From assembly GCA_043813915.1 (NCBI GenBank), contig JBDRKO010000001.1, forward strand, positions 64,835-128,834: a DNA stretch of 64,000 nucleotides, written 5' to 3'. The notes under the pieces were generated by a model. The model searched no databases and had not been told where the DNA came from. It saw nothing but the letters and a program-made list of their open reading frames with translations. Source of the DNA: Candidatus Omnitrophota bacterium. Lineage in GTDB: Bacteria > Omnitrophota > Gorgyraeia > Tantalellales > Tantalellaceae. The position numbers and the translations under genes were made by a program. This document shows, piece after piece, positions 28,578-37,691 of the stretch (positions within the stretch are counted from its first letter, which is position 1; each line of letters begins with the position of its first letter).

Positions 28578-29322
28578 CTATATTTTCTGACGCTCCCTTT
28601 TTTAAAAAGTAATAACACCCCGCTCCGGCCGACAGTATAACAAGGCTCAATATCTGTGAAAGTTTCATCATGCCCAATACTCCCGGATTATCATCCCGCA
28701 TGAGATCCATAAAGAATCTAAGCGCCCCGTAGGACCTCAGGTATAAGGAAAATAAAAAACCCCGGAACCGCCTTTTTTTCCCGGCATACACTAGCAGCGC
28801 GAACAGACCGAATAAGAGCGCGCTTGAATAGAGCTGCGCAGGTATACGCTCCGTTCCATGTCCCGGAAAAAGCACCCTTATCCCGCTGTCCGACGGTATT
28901 CCGTAACAACAACCGTTAAAAAAACATCCGATACGGCCTATAGCCTGACCCAAAGCTATGTAAGGAGCGAAAACATCGGCCCCTTTCCAAAAAGGGATGT
29001 GCTTTGCCCTGGCGGCGAATAGTCCCCCGACAACAGCTCCCGCAAGCGCTCCCTGAAAGGCAAGTCCGCCTTCATGCAGCAGCAGTATCCTTCCCGGGAA
29101 CGAAAGATATTCTTTCCAGTTTATCGCGACAAAGAGCAGCCGGCCTCCCAGTACGCCGCTCAAAAGTATGATGACAACGCAATCCAGCATACTTCCCGGA
29201 TCCAGCCCTTCCTTTTTAGCGTCCTTCAAGATAAAAAGGACCGATATAACGAACGCAACGGCCAGGAACATACCGTATGTATACACCGTCAATGTCCCTA
29301 TTTGAAAAAGTATCCTATGCAT
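28552..29322 (-). CDS. lgt: Prolipoprotein diacylglyceryl transferase
   Basis: YG, GGRL, GGLAFQG, GQAIGRIGCFFNGCCYG, QLY, RFF.D..R. Confidence 0.93.
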   Translation of the reverse strand: MHRILFQIGTLTVYTYGMFLAVAFVISVLFILKDAKKEGLDPGSMLDCVVIILLSGVLGGRLLFVAINWKEYLSFPGRILLLHEGGLAFQGALAGAVVGGLFAARAKHIPFWKGADVFAPYIALGQAIGRIGCFFNGCCYGIPSDSGIRVLFPGHGTERIPAQLYSSALLFGLFALLVYAGKKRRFRGFLFSLYLRSYGALRFFMDLMRDDNPGVLGMMKLSQILSLVILSAGAGCYYFLKKGASENIDGKDRVHS

Positions 29323-29337
29323 GCGTATCTCCGCCGT

Positions 29338-29853
29338 TCAACGGGCCGTCTTCTCCTCGTATTCGGGCCCCTTTTTCTCTCCTCTGACAATAGCTATCAT
29401 CAGAAGCACCGCTCCTATGCTGATAGCGCTGTCCGCGATATTAAAGACCGGCCAGACCCTGAAGTCGAAAAGATCTATTACATATCCCAAACGGACCCTG
29501 TCGATAAGATTTCCTACGGCTCCCCCGAGAATAAGGGCAAGCGCGGCGCGTTCCGTCGAGGTAAGTCTTTTTATTTTCGCCGTCAAAAGAAAGATAAGAA
29601 GTAGGATGGAAACGGCCGACACGGGAACGAATAGTCCCGGACTGCCGCTGAGCATGCCGAAAGCGGCGCCGGTATTCCGGACAAACGTTAAGTGGAACAT
29701 TCCTTTGATAAGAGGATAACTATCCCCCTGCCGCATGGTCTTTACGGCTAGATGTTTGGATACCTGATCCAGAACGCATATGGCCGACGCTGCCGTAAAA
29801 CAGCCGGTTATTTTTCTGAGGACCTTTCTTCCTTCTCCTGGCATTTGATACAA
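29338..29853 (-). CDS. lspA: Lipoprotein signal peptidase II (start uncertain)
   Basis: DQVSK, NTGAAFG, GNLIDR, VIDLFD, FNIAD. Confidence 0.95.
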   Translation of the reverse strand: MYQMPGEGRKVLRKITGCFTAASAICVLDQVSKHLAVKTMRQGDSYPLIKGMFHLTFVRNTGAAFGMLSGSPGLFVPVSAVSILLLIFLLTAKIKRLTSTERAALALILGGAVGNLIDRVRLGYVIDLFDFRVWPVFNIADSAISIGAVLLMIAIVRGEKKGPEYEEKTAR

Positions 29854-30221
29854 TACTCCGCCTGTGGCATGGCTTTAAGACGCTGTTTTGATACGGCTCC
29901 GCCGCACGCGTCACATTTTCCGTAACTGCCGGCATCTATCCTTTTTATGGCCTCGTCGAGCGCGTACAGCCTTTCTCTTTCGGCTTCGGCGAGCTCCAAA
30001 GAGAACTCCCTGTCGTAAAGATCCGTTGCCATATCGGCCATATGAAAAGAATATCCCGACAGATCTCCCGAGGCGTCCTTTTGGGATTTGCTCAGGGATT
30101 CCCCTTTGATGCTGATCAGTTCCTGCAAGATCTGCGCCTTCTCTACTACCAGCCCCTTGCGTATATTTACAAGCTCCTGTTTTTTAAAGGGCTTTGAACC
30201 CGCGTTCTTTTTCTTATCCAT
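29808..30221 (-). CDS. TraR/DksA-family C4 zinc-finger regulator
   Basis: Coiled-coil tip HMADMATD, AIKRID.GSYG.CDAC, RLKAMP.A..CIKC. Start re-called at ATG 30221 (SD AGGAGAGG). Confidence 0.92.
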   Translation of the reverse strand: MDKKKNAGSKPFKKQELVNIRKGLVVEKAQILQELISIKGESLSKSQKDASGDLSGYSFHMADMATDLYDREFSLELAEAERERLYALDEAIKRIDAGSYGKCDACGGAVSKQRLKAMPQAEYCIKCQEKEERSSEK

Positions 30222-33015
30222 CTGCACCTCTCCTTTCTGACAGAACATTATAGCATCGTTCGCATAAATCATGAAAATCTTTATTCTCCCCGACGCTTAC
30301 ATCATAATTCCAACATCTCGAACATTTTTCTCCGTCGGCCTTAATGACCCCTATCTTAAGGCCCATATCCGGGATATCTGACATATTCTTATCGGCCGTG
30401 TCTTGTCCTCTGACCTGTGATACTTTGAATATTCCCGGGAGCAATCCGCTGTTCTCCTTGATGAACCCTTTCATTTCATCTTCTTCGGAAAAAAGCAGCA
30501 CCGCCGCCTCCAAAGAACTCCCGATAACACCTTTTTCCCTTTCTTTCTCCAGATGTTTCATCACCGCGTTCCGTATTTTCAGCATCCTCTCCCATTTCGC
30601 GTCCAGCACCGGGTCTTGATCTTCGGTCTGCGCGGGCCAGTCCGACATATGAACGCTCTCTTCTTTTCCTTTATATGTTATGTGTCCCCATGCTTCGTCA
30701 GCGGTAAACGGCATCATCGGCGCCATCAACCGGTCAAGGACATGGAATACCCGGAAGATCGCTGTTTGATGAGAACGTCTCTCGGCCGAATCAGGCTTCA
30801 ATATGTACAAAGTATCCTTAAGCACATCCATATAGAACGAGCTCACTTCATAAACGCAGAAATCGTAAACCGCCCTGTAGACCCTATGGAATTCCCACGT
30901 ATCATAATACGCCGTTACATCCTTTATAAGACCGGCCAATTGCGAAAGCATCCATCTGTCTATTTCCTTCATCCGCGCGCGTTCCAGAGAGTTCTTATCC
31001 GGATCGAAATCATACAGATTGCTCAAAAGGAACCTGAAAGTATTGCGCATTTTTCTATAACCGTCGGCAAGCCGTTCTAATATCTCTTCGGAAAGTTTTA
31101 TATCTACCTCGTAATCACTCGAAGCGACCCATAACCGTAAGATATCGGCCCCGTATTTACTGATTATCTCCTGCGGGCTTATGACATTGCCCGTTGATTT
31201 CGACATCTTTTTACCTTCACCGTCAACGACAAAACCGTGTGTCAGGACCTCGCGGTAAGGAGGTCTCCCCTCGGTCGCCATGGCCGTTATGAGCGACGAC
31301 TGGAACCATCCTCTGTGCTGGTCGGAACCTTCCAGATAAAGATCCGCGGGAAATGAAAGCTCCTCTCTGGCCCGGAGCACGGCTCTGTGGCTGACCCCCG
31401 AATCGAACCATACATCCAGGATATCATTTTCTCTGACAAATGTGTTCTTTCCGCAATGCCCGCATACTGTCCCTTCCGGGATAAGGTCCGCTATTCTCTT
31501 TTCGAACCACGCGTTAGAACCTTTTTCCCGGGTAAGCGCGGCCGCCTTTTTAATAACACCGGCATCCGTAAAGGTCTTCCCGCACGCCTCGCATTTAAAG
31601 GACGGAATAGGAACGCCCCAATACCTTTGCCGGGACAGGCACCAATCGGGCCGGCCTTCTACCATGGCCGCTATACGTTCTTCGCCCCGTTTCGGCGTCC
31701 ATTTCACATCTTCCCTGATAGCCCGGCTTATGTTCTCCCGGAGCCCTTCGTGGTCGACGTTCATGAACCACTGTTCGGTAGCGCGGAATATTATCGGGGA
31801 TCTACATCGCCAGCAATGGGGATAAGAATGACTGGTGTCTCCGGCATATATCATCGTGCCGCGTTCCTCCATAACCTTGATAATATCACCGTTCGCCTCT
31901 ATTACGTCGCGCCCCGCGAAAATACCAGCTTCCTTCTTGAATTTCCCTCTGTCATCGACCGGCATAATAACGGGAAGTCCGTATTTCTTACCGACAACAT
32001 GATCATCCTGTCCGTGTCCGGGAGCGATATGAACGCATCCGGTCCCGTCCTCCTTCGTGATATAATCCGCTTCTACGACAAGCGCCGCCCGGTCCAGGAA
32101 AGGATGTCTCAGTTCTTTATATTTCTCCGCGAGCGCCTTCCCCGAAAATTTTCCCGCTACCGAGTATTTTTCCGGACCCTTCTTATCCATAACGTTCTTT
32201 ACGAGGTCCTCGGCTATAACGAGAACCTCCGAGTCGGATTCGACCATGGAATAACTGAATTCGGAATGGACCGCTACCGCGGCATTCGCGAACAGCGTCC
32301 ACGGCGTGGTCGTCCATACGGCAAAATGCACCGGTTTCCCGTTCAGTTCGGCATCCGCCGAAAATCTTACGTATATCGACGGGGATACCTTGTCTTCATA
32401 CTCTACTTCGGCTTCCGCCAAAGCGGTCTCGCACTTACTGCACCAATTAACGGGTTTCAACCCCTTGTATATGTACCCTCTCTCATACAGGTCGGCCAAT
32501 GCGTCAAGAATACCGGCCTCGTACTCTTTGGTCAGAGTAAGATAAGGCGTGTCCCAATCCCCGAGTATCCCAAGCCGCTTGAACTCTTCGGCCTGTATCT
32601 TCACGAATTTCATCGCGTATGTGTAGGCTTTTTTCCTGAATTCCACCTGCCCGATATCGTCCTTTGTCATTTTCAGTTCTTTGAACAGCTGATGTTCGAC
32701 AGGCAGACCGTGACAGTCCCATCCGGGGACATACGGCGCGTAATACCCGCGCATTGTAAAATATTTTACGCACATATCCTTGAGTATTTTATTGAGCGCG
32801 TGCCCCAGATGGATATGTCCGTTGGCGTAAGGCGGACCGTCATGCAGAAGAAAACTTTTGCCCGAGTTCTTTCTTCTGCCGATAATTTCGCGGTAGAGTT
32901 CCTTCTCCTCCCATATCTTAAGCCTCTCCGGCTCCCTTTGAGGCAAATTGGCCTTCATTGAAAACCCGGTCTTAGGCAGGTTCAGCGTATCTTTATATCC
33001 GTTCTTCTCCGACAT
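30214..33015 (-). CDS. ileS: Isoleucine-tRNA ligase (type 1)
   Basis: YKDTLNLPKT, DGPPYANG.IHLGH, WTTTPWT, EGSDQHRGWF, KMSKS, C-terminal CSRC/CERC. Confidence 0.99.
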   Translation of the reverse strand: MSEKNGYKDTLNLPKTGFSMKANLPQREPERLKIWEEKELYREIIGRRKNSGKSFLLHDGPPYANGHIHLGHALNKILKDMCVKYFTMRGYYAPYVPGWDCHGLPVEHQLFKELKMTKDDIGQVEFRKKAYTYAMKFVKIQAEEFKRLGILGDWDTPYLTLTKEYEAGILDALADLYERGYIYKGLKPVNWCSKCETALAEAEVEYEDKVSPSIYVRFSADAELNGKPVHFAVWTTTPWTLFANAAVAVHSEFSYSMVESDSEVLVIAEDLVKNVMDKKGPEKYSVAGKFSGKALAEKYKELRHPFLDRAALVVEADYITKEDGTGCVHIAPGHGQDDHVVGKKYGLPVIMPVDDRGKFKKEAGIFAGRDVIEANGDIIKVMEERGTMIYAGDTSHSYPHCWRCRSPIIFRATEQWFMNVDHEGLRENISRAIREDVKWTPKRGEERIAAMVEGRPDWCLSRQRYWGVPIPSFKCEACGKTFTDAGVIKKAAALTREKGSNAWFEKRIADLIPEGTVCGHCGKNTFVRENDILDVWFDSGVSHRAVLRAREELSFPADLYLEGSDQHRGWFQSSLITAMATEGRPPYREVLTHGFVVDGEGKKMSKSTGNVISPQEIISKYGADILRLWVASSDYEVDIKLSEEILERLADGYRKMRNTFRFLLSNLYDFDPDKNSLERARMKEIDRWMLSQLAGLIKDVTAYYDTWEFHRVYRAVYDFCVYEVSSFYMDVLKDTLYILKPDSAERRSHQTAIFRVFHVLDRLMAPMMPFTADEAWGHITYKGKEESVHMSDWPAQTEDQDPVLDAKWERMLKIRNAVMKHLEKEREKGVIGSSLEAAVLLFSEEDEMKGFIKENSGLLPGIFKVSQVRGQDTADKNMSDIPDMGLKIGVIKADGEKCSRCWNYDVSVGENKDFHDLCERCYNVLSERRGADG

Positions 33016-33037
33016 ATCGTCCTCTTATGGATATCAC

Positions 33038-33901
33038 TTAAATAAATCCGTCTATGATGGGCCTAAGCCTGTCTAATGTCGTCTGAGGCACGTGCTCTTT
33101 AGGTGTAAAGATCGCGTTCTCCAGCGCCCTGCCGCATACGCACGAACGCTTCTGGGGCATATGCTTTATGGTTGCCGACAATATCTTCTTGGCGGTATCT
33201 ATGTTCTTTGCCACAGTCCTGATTATCATCTCTATAGTAACGCTTTCCGCGTCTTTTCCGGTCCTCCAGCAGTCATAGTCCGTTATCATCGCGATCGTAG
33301 CGTAACACATCCCCGCTTCCCTTGCCAAGCGCGCTTCCTGCATATTCGTCATACCGATAACGTCCATACCCCAACTGCGGTAAAGCGCCGATTCGGCTCT
33401 GGTAGAAAAAGCGGGACCCTCCATGTTCAGATAGATCCCTCTTTCATGCACTTTCGCACCCGTCCCGCGGCTGTTATCCAGTATGCTCTGCCGCAATTCA
33501 CCGCATACGGGATCGGCCATAGACACATGGGCCACTATACCGTCACCGAAAAAGGTCGTCGGCCTTCCCTGGTTGGTCCGGTCCACGAACTGGTCCACAA
33601 GAAGAACGTCCGATGGACGTATCTCTTCTTTGAGACTTCCCACCGCGGATACCGATATCACCCTGTCAACACCGATCACTTTTAACGCGTAGATATTGGC
33701 GCGAAAATTTATCTCCGAAGGCGATATGCTGTGTGCTCTGCCGTGCCTGGGCAGGAACACGACCCCTTTATCCCCTAATTCCCCGAAAACGAGTTCATCG
33801 GACGGCTCCCCGAAAGGAGTGCTGACCTTTTTTTTCTCCAAGATCTTCATCCCCTTCATCTCATAAAGCGCGCTGCCGCCGATAATACCTATCTTATTCA
33901 T
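33038..33901 (-). CDS. mtnP: S-methyl-5'-thioadenosine phosphorylase
   Basis: IGIIGGS, TPFG.PS, LPRHG, SAVGSL, EGPAFSTRAES, GMT, TDYDCW. Start re-called at ATG 33901. Confidence 0.95.
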   Translation of the reverse strand: MNKIGIIGGSALYEMKGMKILEKKKVSTPFGEPSDELVFGELGDKGVVFLPRHGRAHSISPSEINFRANIYALKVIGVDRVISVSAVGSLKEEIRPSDVLLVDQFVDRTNQGRPTTFFGDGIVAHVSMADPVCGELRQSILDNSRGTGAKVHERGIYLNMEGPAFSTRAESALYRSWGMDVIGMTNMQEARLAREAGMCYATIAMITDYDCWRTGKDAESVTIEMIIRTVAKNIDTAKKILSATIKHMPQKRSCVCGRALENAIFTPKEHVPQTTLDRLRPIIDGFI

Positions 33902-33929
33902 ATTTACACCTAATGTTACGCGATCCAAA

Positions 33930-34010
33930 AACCATATTAGACCATAGACCGTAGACAACAGCCTGCATATTTTAAATATCTTTTAAAGAAAGCGCCTAAG
34001 CTATGGTCTA
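33930..34010. repeat. Short inverted heptamer repeat island E
   Basis: tagacca-tagaccg-tagacaa on the left, ctatggtcta (reverse complement) on the right, the latter supplying the DUF167 stop codon. Confidence 0.6.
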
Positions 34011-34229
34011 TCGCCCAACTATCTCTATTAACTTTTTCCGTGATGTCTTTCCTTTAACTATGATCACGTCCTTCTTTCTCACTCCGTACTCTTCCGCCAA
34101 AAGCGCTATAACAGCTTTGTTCGCCTTTCCTTTATCCGGGGCAGCATTGACATACACCCTCGTCTTCCCTTCCTTAATTACGATCTCTTCCCTGGAAGCT
34201 CCTGTCGTAACTCTTATCTCCAGCTTCAT
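34008..34229 (-). CDS. DUF167/YggU family protein
   Basis: V.AAPDKGKANKA.I.LLA...GV, I.KG.TSR.K. Confidence 0.93.
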   Translation of the reverse strand: MKLEIRVTTGASREEIVIKEGKTRVYVNAAPDKGKANKAVIALLAEEYGVRKKDVIIVKGKTSRKKLIEIVGR

Positions 34230-34525
34230 CAGCCTAACCTTGCGGCCAAGTGGTAAAGGACATTGACTATAAAATTTTTTGCCACGCTGATCAGCAGGAA
34301 CGCTACGATAGGCGAAAAATCCATCATACCCGCCTGCAAAGGCAGTCTCTTCAGCGGCGCCAATATCGGATCGGTCACCCTATAGACAATGCTTACCATC
34401 TCGCTGTATGGATCCGCTCCCACCCAGGAAAGTATTATGCGTATGACCAGAAGAAAGTATACTATGTTAAAAATAAGAGAGATCAGAAGAGCAAAGCTTT
34501 TTATCATTTCGCCCAATATGAACAT
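34229..34525 (-). CDS. yggT: YggT family membrane protein
   Basis: RIILSWV..DPY, TDPILAP, DFSPIVA. Confidence 0.93.
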   Translation of the reverse strand: MFILGEMIKSFALLISLIFNIVYFLLVIRIILSWVGADPYSEMVSIVYRVTDPILAPLKRLPLQAGMMDFSPIVAFLLISVAKNFIVNVLYHLAARLG

Positions 34526-35320
34526 CTATTTCCCTCCCGAAAGTTCTTCCGAACGTTCTTTCGCTTTCAGAACAGCTTCTTTAACGGCGTCACGTATCCC
34601 GCGGTCACTGAATACCTTGAGCGCGGCTTCCGTGGTCCCTCCTTTCGAAGCTACCTTATCTATCATCACCTGGGGATCCGCGCCCGAGACAGCGAGCAGC
34701 TCGCCCGCTCCCGTCAGTGTTTCAGTGACCAGTTTCTTGACGGTTTCCGCATTCATACCCATATTTTTTCCGGCACTCTCCATAGCCTCGGCCAGATAAA
34801 AAAGATACGCGGGTCCCGAGCCGGAGAGCGCCGTAACAGCGTCCATTTCGTCCTCATTGACCTCAACGACAGTTCCTACGCTCTCGAATATGGTCATAAT
34901 AGCGTTTTTGTCCTGGACTTTGTCATTGAACGATATTCCCGTAACGCTCCTTTTGATGAACGCCGCCATGTTGGGCATAGCACGGGCCACCGGCACTTCT
35001 TTACCGATCTTTTCTGTTATAGAACCGGCTGTTACTCCGGCCATCACCGATACTATTGTCTGTCCCGAAAGATAAGACCGGATCTCCTCCAAAAGGCCAC
35101 CGGCATCCTGAGGTTTGACCGCAAGCAGCAGCACATCGCTCTTATCCGTGATCTCCCTGATACTCATCGCTTCGGCGCCTGTTTCCCGGGACAGAACTTG
35201 GGCTTTCCGGGGATCCTTATCGTTAAGCAGGACCTGTTCCTTGCGTAGGGTCCCCTTGTCGATCAACCCGCGTATTATCGCTCCGCCCATATTCCCGCAC
35301 CCGAATACTCCCAGCTTCAT
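34526..35320 (-). CDS. proC: Pyrroline-5-carboxylate reductase
   Basis: GCGNMG, LAVKPQ, RAMPN, TALSGSGPAY, VASKGGTT. Start re-called at ATG 35320. Confidence 0.97.
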   Translation of the reverse strand: MKLGVFGCGNMGGAIIRGLIDKGTLRKEQVLLNDKDPRKAQVLSRETGAEAMSIREITDKSDVLLLAVKPQDAGGLLEEIRSYLSGQTIVSVMAGVTAGSITEKIGKEVPVARAMPNMAAFIKRSVTGISFNDKVQDKNAIMTIFESVGTVVEVNEDEMDAVTALSGSGPAYLFYLAEAMESAGKNMGMNAETVKKLVTETLTGAGELLAVSGADPQVMIDKVASKGGTTEAALKVFSDRGIRDAVKEAVLKAKERSEELSGGK

Positions 35321-35387
35321 CACGGACCGCCTTGTTCTTTTTGAGTAAGCCCTGCTTAAACACCTATATATGCAGAAGTAATGGTTA

Positions 35388-35416
35388 AAAGTATCATAAT
35401 CTTCCTCTGATGTCAA
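35388..35416 (-). promoter_or_regulatory. Putative promoter for the proC operon
   Basis: Minus strand TTGACA-N17-TACTTT with TG extension. Confidence 0.5.
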
Positions 35417-35568
35417 ATAGGATTATCCCGGGCCTTTCAAATCCCCGGGGACAGCAGAGGTCCGTTCGGATCTGACGGACCGAAAACGCGCTTAATGCGT
35501 TTAATAACCATTAGAAGGATCGTAACAAGGTGCAGTTTGAAGATGGGCTTGAGAACTTGGCAATATCC

Positions 35569-35791
35569 GTCAATTTACCGATACCCCGGGCTAAAGACCG
35601 GAGCTTGCTTGCCCTGAGCGAAGCCGAAGGGCTTGCCCTGAGCGAAGCCGAAGGGCTTGCCCTGCCTGCCCCGCCTGTCCCGAGCAAAGCCGAGGGGAGT
35701 TTGTCGAGGGGAGCGAACCCGAAGGGTTCCCTATCGACCCGGCACGGCAGTGTCCCGAGCAAAGCGAGGGGAGCACCGGCGAATGGGTGAA
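35569..35791 (+). mobile_element. Non-coding palindromic element (copy F) carrying tandem and nested 24-bp units
   Basis: Begins GTCAATTTACCGATACCCCGGGCTAAAGACCGGAGCTTG and ends GGCGAATGGGT; homologous to 53131-53242 in inverted orientation. No ORF; IS200/IS605-end resemblance is inference. Confidence 0.7.
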
Positions 35792-35792
35792 C

Positions 35793-36860
35793 TTAGAAAT
35801 AACTGTCAATAAAATTGATGATCTTATCCGCGGCACCTTTAAAAAGATCCGTGTTCCTCCTATCCTTTAGGCGTTCGGAGTATAAGTAGTCCAGCATACC
35901 CAGACTGCCTACGTACCCAACCCTATCCTGCGGCAATTTCTCGAAAGGACGGACCGAACAGTTCCCGATCTTCACGGGAAGCTTGAACACATTTTCCGCC
36001 GCGTCTATAAATTCTTCCGTCATCGCGTCCTCAAAAAAGACAACGATCTTACGGACTTTATCCCATCCCTCTAAACTTTTGGTATCCGAATAAAGCGTCC
36101 GGAGCGCCTCTTCCTGTACACCCGCCTCTCCTGACATCATCTCCTCGGTTCCGCCGTGCGATACGCGTACTCCGCACAATATGCCGTCGTTGAACACGAG
36201 CGTTTCCTGAAGGTCCCTGCGGATAGCCAGAAAAATAGCTCCTTTCTGCATATCCTCTTCCGAAAGTATCCTATAAGCCGAAGCCAGTCCCGAAAAAATG
36301 AACCCCGCGGGAACGGATCCGGAATCCGCTATGACCCTTTGCATGTTCCTTATGACGGAAGAATTTACCGTTACGACGTTCACGTGGGCATCCAGCTTGA
36401 TCCCTTCAAGGTTGAATGGATCATGAATACCGTCTTCCCCGTCAACCGCGAACCCGGCCACTATGCGGTGGATGGGCTCCTTCTCTATAGGCATCTTTAC
36501 GATAGAGGCCATTTTGATACATCGCTTAATGTCAAAACGCGATATCTCCCTGCCGTACTTAGACACGAGTACGGTACCTATCCCTTTCGTGAGACCCAAG
36601 GAGGAAGAGCTTATACCCGCGTATACATCTCTTATCCCCTTGGTATCCAGCCGTCCTATGACCTCTCCGATCGTATCGGTCGCGGCTCCGGAGTCAGAGA
36701 CAGCTCCCCTGAGGAACCCTCTGGAAGGGACCCTGGAGAATTTCTCTATGGCATAATCACCGCTCCGGTTCCATCTGACCGAGACGGCCGTGACATTCGT
36801 GCTGCCGATGTTCACCGTCGCAAAATATTTACCCATCGAACGTCCTTGTTTTGTTACCAT
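35793..36860 (-). CDS. ftsA: Divergent, shortened FtsA-like cell division protein
   Basis: After ftsQ; SRGFLRGAV.D, 1C/SHS2 segment (IHRI...FAVDG..GI.DP..LEG.KL), GLASAY.IL.EED..KG, C-terminal amphipathic helix KIINFIDSYF. Confidence 0.85.
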   Translation of the reverse strand: MVTKQGRSMGKYFATVNIGSTNVTAVSVRWNRSGDYAIEKFSRVPSRGFLRGAVSDSGAATDTIGEVIGRLDTKGIRDVYAGISSSSLGLTKGIGTVLVSKYGREISRFDIKRCIKMASIVKMPIEKEPIHRIVAGFAVDGEDGIHDPFNLEGIKLDAHVNVVTVNSSVIRNMQRVIADSGSVPAGFIFSGLASAYRILSEEDMQKGAIFLAIRRDLQETLVFNDGILCGVRVSHGGTEEMMSGEAGVQEEALRTLYSDTKSLEGWDKVRKIVVFFEDAMTEEFIDAAENVFKLPVKIGNCSVRPFEKLPQDRVGYVGSLGMLDYLYSERLKDRRNTDLFKGAADKIINFIDSYF

Positions 36861-37642
36861 TATCTGGGGGATAATACGGCATCATCGAACCTGAGATCGA
36901 TATAGTTCATGTCGACTATGTCCATATCCGGATCCCGAATGATCTCCCTCAGTTTTTCAAGTTTAGAACGGAAATTGTCCGCGCCCATTTTGATCAAAAC
37001 GCCTTTCACGGAAAGAGTCGTGTTCCTGCTGTCCGAGACATCAATACTGTCTACCTCCGTCCTCGTTCCGCTGAAGATCTCGTCAACGGCTTTCAGCAGA
37101 ACAAGCGCCTTGTCCAAATTCCTATTGCTGATAATGCTTCCTTTAGCCGGCGACTTGAAAATAAAATTCACTCCTATGATCTTGGTAAGGTTCTTCGGCT
37201 CGTTCCCTATGTCCAGGACAAAACCTTCTCTGTCTATGATCACCCCTCCCAGAGAATCTATCACCGCTATAGGTTCTCTGGATATTATCTCCACATAAAG
37301 CGTATCGGGAAGTATCCTCCGGACTTCGACCCTTTTAAAATGCCCGAAATCATTCCGTATCAGGCCTTCCGTCTGTTTAAGGTCGATGCTGAAAATGTTC
37401 CGCCCCAAATACCGTTCCCGTATCTTCCCCTCGTCCTCATTGAACGAGTAGCCTTTTATATTATTGACGGTCACTTTTCTTATCTCAAAAGTCCCGCTGC
37501 TCAGAACCGTCCTTACGGCAGCCGATCCCATGCCTATCAGGAGAGCCGCGCCGATAACTAAGAACAGCACGCCCCTGTTCCTCCGGACCTTTTCAAAAAG
37601 ACCCGATGCCATTCCGTTTTTTTTGCTTTTTTTTCTCGCCAC
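36860..37642 (-). CDS. ftsQ: Cell division protein FtsQ/DivIB
   Basis: TM, POTRA (NIFSIDL, VEVRRILPDTL...REP), C-terminal YIDLRF. Confidence 0.93.
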   Translation of the reverse strand: MARKKSKKNGMASGLFEKVRRNRGVLFLVIGAALLIGMGSAAVRTVLSSGTFEIRKVTVNNIKGYSFNEDEGKIRERYLGRNIFSIDLKQTEGLIRNDFGHFKRVEVRRILPDTLYVEIISREPIAVIDSLGGVIIDREGFVLDIGNEPKNLTKIIGVNFIFKSPAKGSIISNRNLDKALVLLKAVDEIFSGTRTEVDSIDVSDSRNTTLSVKGVLIKMGADNFRSKLEKLREIIRDPDMDIVDMNYIDLRFDDAVLSPR

Positions 37643-37691
37643 TCTTCCTCCTTGTCAGGATAATGTTACGGCTTATCCCGGGCTGCCGTGC

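Noticed and set aside
31387-32961. 524-aa plus-strand ORF, and the other plus-strand ORFs in the track
   Set aside because: Antisense to ileS or other well-supported minus-strand genes; typical codon-bias shadows.
35607-35725. Possible CRISPR array from 24-bp repeats
   Set aside because: Units are directly tandem or nested with no unique spacers, and no cas genes are present.
35511-35836. Three short ORFs (ALSEAEG / SASLRASP repeats) in the ftsA-proC gap
   Set aside because: Translations of the 24-bp repeat element; no similarity to FtsZ or any protein I recognise.
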